Shown here one piece after another: positions 62,649 to 64,000 of a DNA stretch of 64,000 nucleotides. Within the stretch, counting starts at the first letter, position 1, and each line of letters opens with the position of its first letter. Source of the stretch: Balanoglossus misakiensis. Lineage: Eukaryota; Animalia; Hemichordata. Under the pieces are notes generated by a model, which was given only the letters and a program-made list of their open reading frames with translations, was not told where the DNA came from and ran no database searches. Made by a program: the position numbers and the translations under genes. The stretch lies in assembly GCA_040954595.2 (NCBI GenBank), contig CM082583.2:3605060-3669059 (forward strand), read 5' to 3'.

Positions 62649-62886
62649 CCTCTTCAGATAACGTGCTGCTGGCATCAAAGAAATACCATGTTGCTGGTTT
62701 GGCCGCTGTCGCTACCAAATTGAAAGTTGTAGTAAGCATGGAAATAAAAATACAGGCTTCTCTAGTTTGATTTGGTTGAATTAAAGTAAGGACGAGTCTG
62801 GTCAGCAATTCATGGAGGCCACAGTCTTTACATGGTTTCACAGGCTTTTTTATGACCACAGAGATGAAGTGATCAGATGTAATAAA

Positions 62887-62887
<1 letters not shown>

Positions 62888-62975
<88 letters not shown>
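62888..62975. repeat. (GTT)n microsatellite
   Basis: Direct inspection. Confidence 0.98.
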
Positions 62976-62976
<1 letters not shown>

Positions 62977-63714
62977 AAGAAAAGATTTATTACCTGTTGG
63001 GCATCACTATCCTGTCTGGTATCAAAGCTCCATCTAATTCATATTTAGAGTCCTAGACATTTTAATGTATAGATCATCATGAGTTAGTGTCCTACAATAA
63101 ATGATAAATGATTATTAACACATGCATCTCACAGAAAAGGTTCTGTTGGCACAGTTTCCATAAATTGTCTGAATGGCATTGTTAGATATATAAATTTGGC
63201 TTGAAACTATTATGGGTGCACTGTTTGGCAATCACTTCCTGGTAATGGATCATTTTGGTTGCTGAACATCTTGTAACAAATCCTTACTACTGAAACTAAT
63301 CTTCAAATACCTGAAATATAAAAAAAGAAAACAACGTTATGCTATATGTTTCTTTAAAAAGTAGCATTTCAAAATCAGGATAATTACAGAACTTCACACT
63401 GTCTGCTCCAGTTGAAGATATTTCCAAGGAAACAGCATATTTCTGATCCAATTCCCAAGTATCTGCCATACCTAGTTGAAAATCCTGAGAACTGCACACA
63501 CTAACCCTGCTGAACAAATCTCATGCTCGACATCAGAAGATTAATTCATTAAAACCAAATGAAACTAACATTTAAAAATTGTGCACTCCATCACCAAAGA
63601 AAACAATCCCGGGGATTCCAAAACAGTCCATGAGGAGTATCTCAGTCAAAACCAATATTCTTTTACTTGAAATATTCATGAAATTGATTGATGAACAACT
63701 AGTCTGTTACTATG

Positions 63715-63865
63715 CCTGCAGATATATCAACCTGACCGAGTGTGGCAATATCACAATCACAATCAGAACATGTCCAGTAATCAAAGAAATCCTCACATCC
63801 AGATCAGTGCATCCATTGAATACATGATCCATGTTTAAAACTTCACATCATTGCACTGATTCTGT
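63715..63865 (+). repeat. Interspersed repeat shared with 39475-39632
   Basis: GCAGATATATCAACCTGACCGA...GATCCATGTTTAAAACTTCACA is present at both positions. Confidence 0.85.
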
Positions 63866-64000
63866 GTTTCCTCTGGAAAGGGGTCACATTGGTAGTGATT
63901 TGCTCCAGCTTCAAGAAAATGGTTGTGCTGGAGAAGCCTGCAATGCATTGGTGCAACACTAGTTCCGGGGCCCCTAGTCTTTTGCTTGGGACATTTTCGT

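Noticed and set aside
62812-63048. Poly-cysteine protein
   Set aside because: It is a (GTT)n microsatellite.
1-64000. RAG/Transib, Fanzor/TnpB, Polinton or viral capsid genes
   Set aside because: No diagnostic motifs or RSS-like termini were recognised by eye; a profile search would be needed to exclude remote homologs.

Overview
This is AT-rich eukaryotic DNA with spliceosomal GT-AG introns. The repeat repertoire suggests a marine invertebrate, possibly a hemichordate-like deuterostome (inference). There are no prokaryotic operons, rRNA/tRNA genes or CRISPR arrays. Two host loci bracket the window, both on the minus strand. The first is the intact 5' part of an arylsulfatase B/I/J-like gene (coding exons 4702->16). 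The second is a multi-exon VWC+VWD BMPER/kielin-like gene (58684->49739) carrying frameshifts and a premature stop. Most of the rest is a dense, nested pile of transposon relics: hAT, pogo/Tigger, Academ, Zator/Harbinger-like, Kolobok, piggyBac, Gypsy, CR1/L2/RTEX, Penelope and Helentron-like. Many have termini and target-site duplications (TSDs) that can be read exactly. The most unusual items are: (1) a Gypsy 3' end with a TatD-family nuclease ORF in the env position; (2) a TA-flanked TIR element with a Pax-like paired domain and a convergent second ORF; (3) divergent DDE transposases with different Tudor/Spindlin-like C-terminal modules; (4) a tandem array of acceptor+coiled-coil+stop cassettes; (5) a 6-bp-TSD foldback element; and (6) a ~17-kb, largely single-orientation mosaic of TE fragments containing an internal ~4-kb duplication. 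All family assignments come from motif recognition by eye; no database searches were run.
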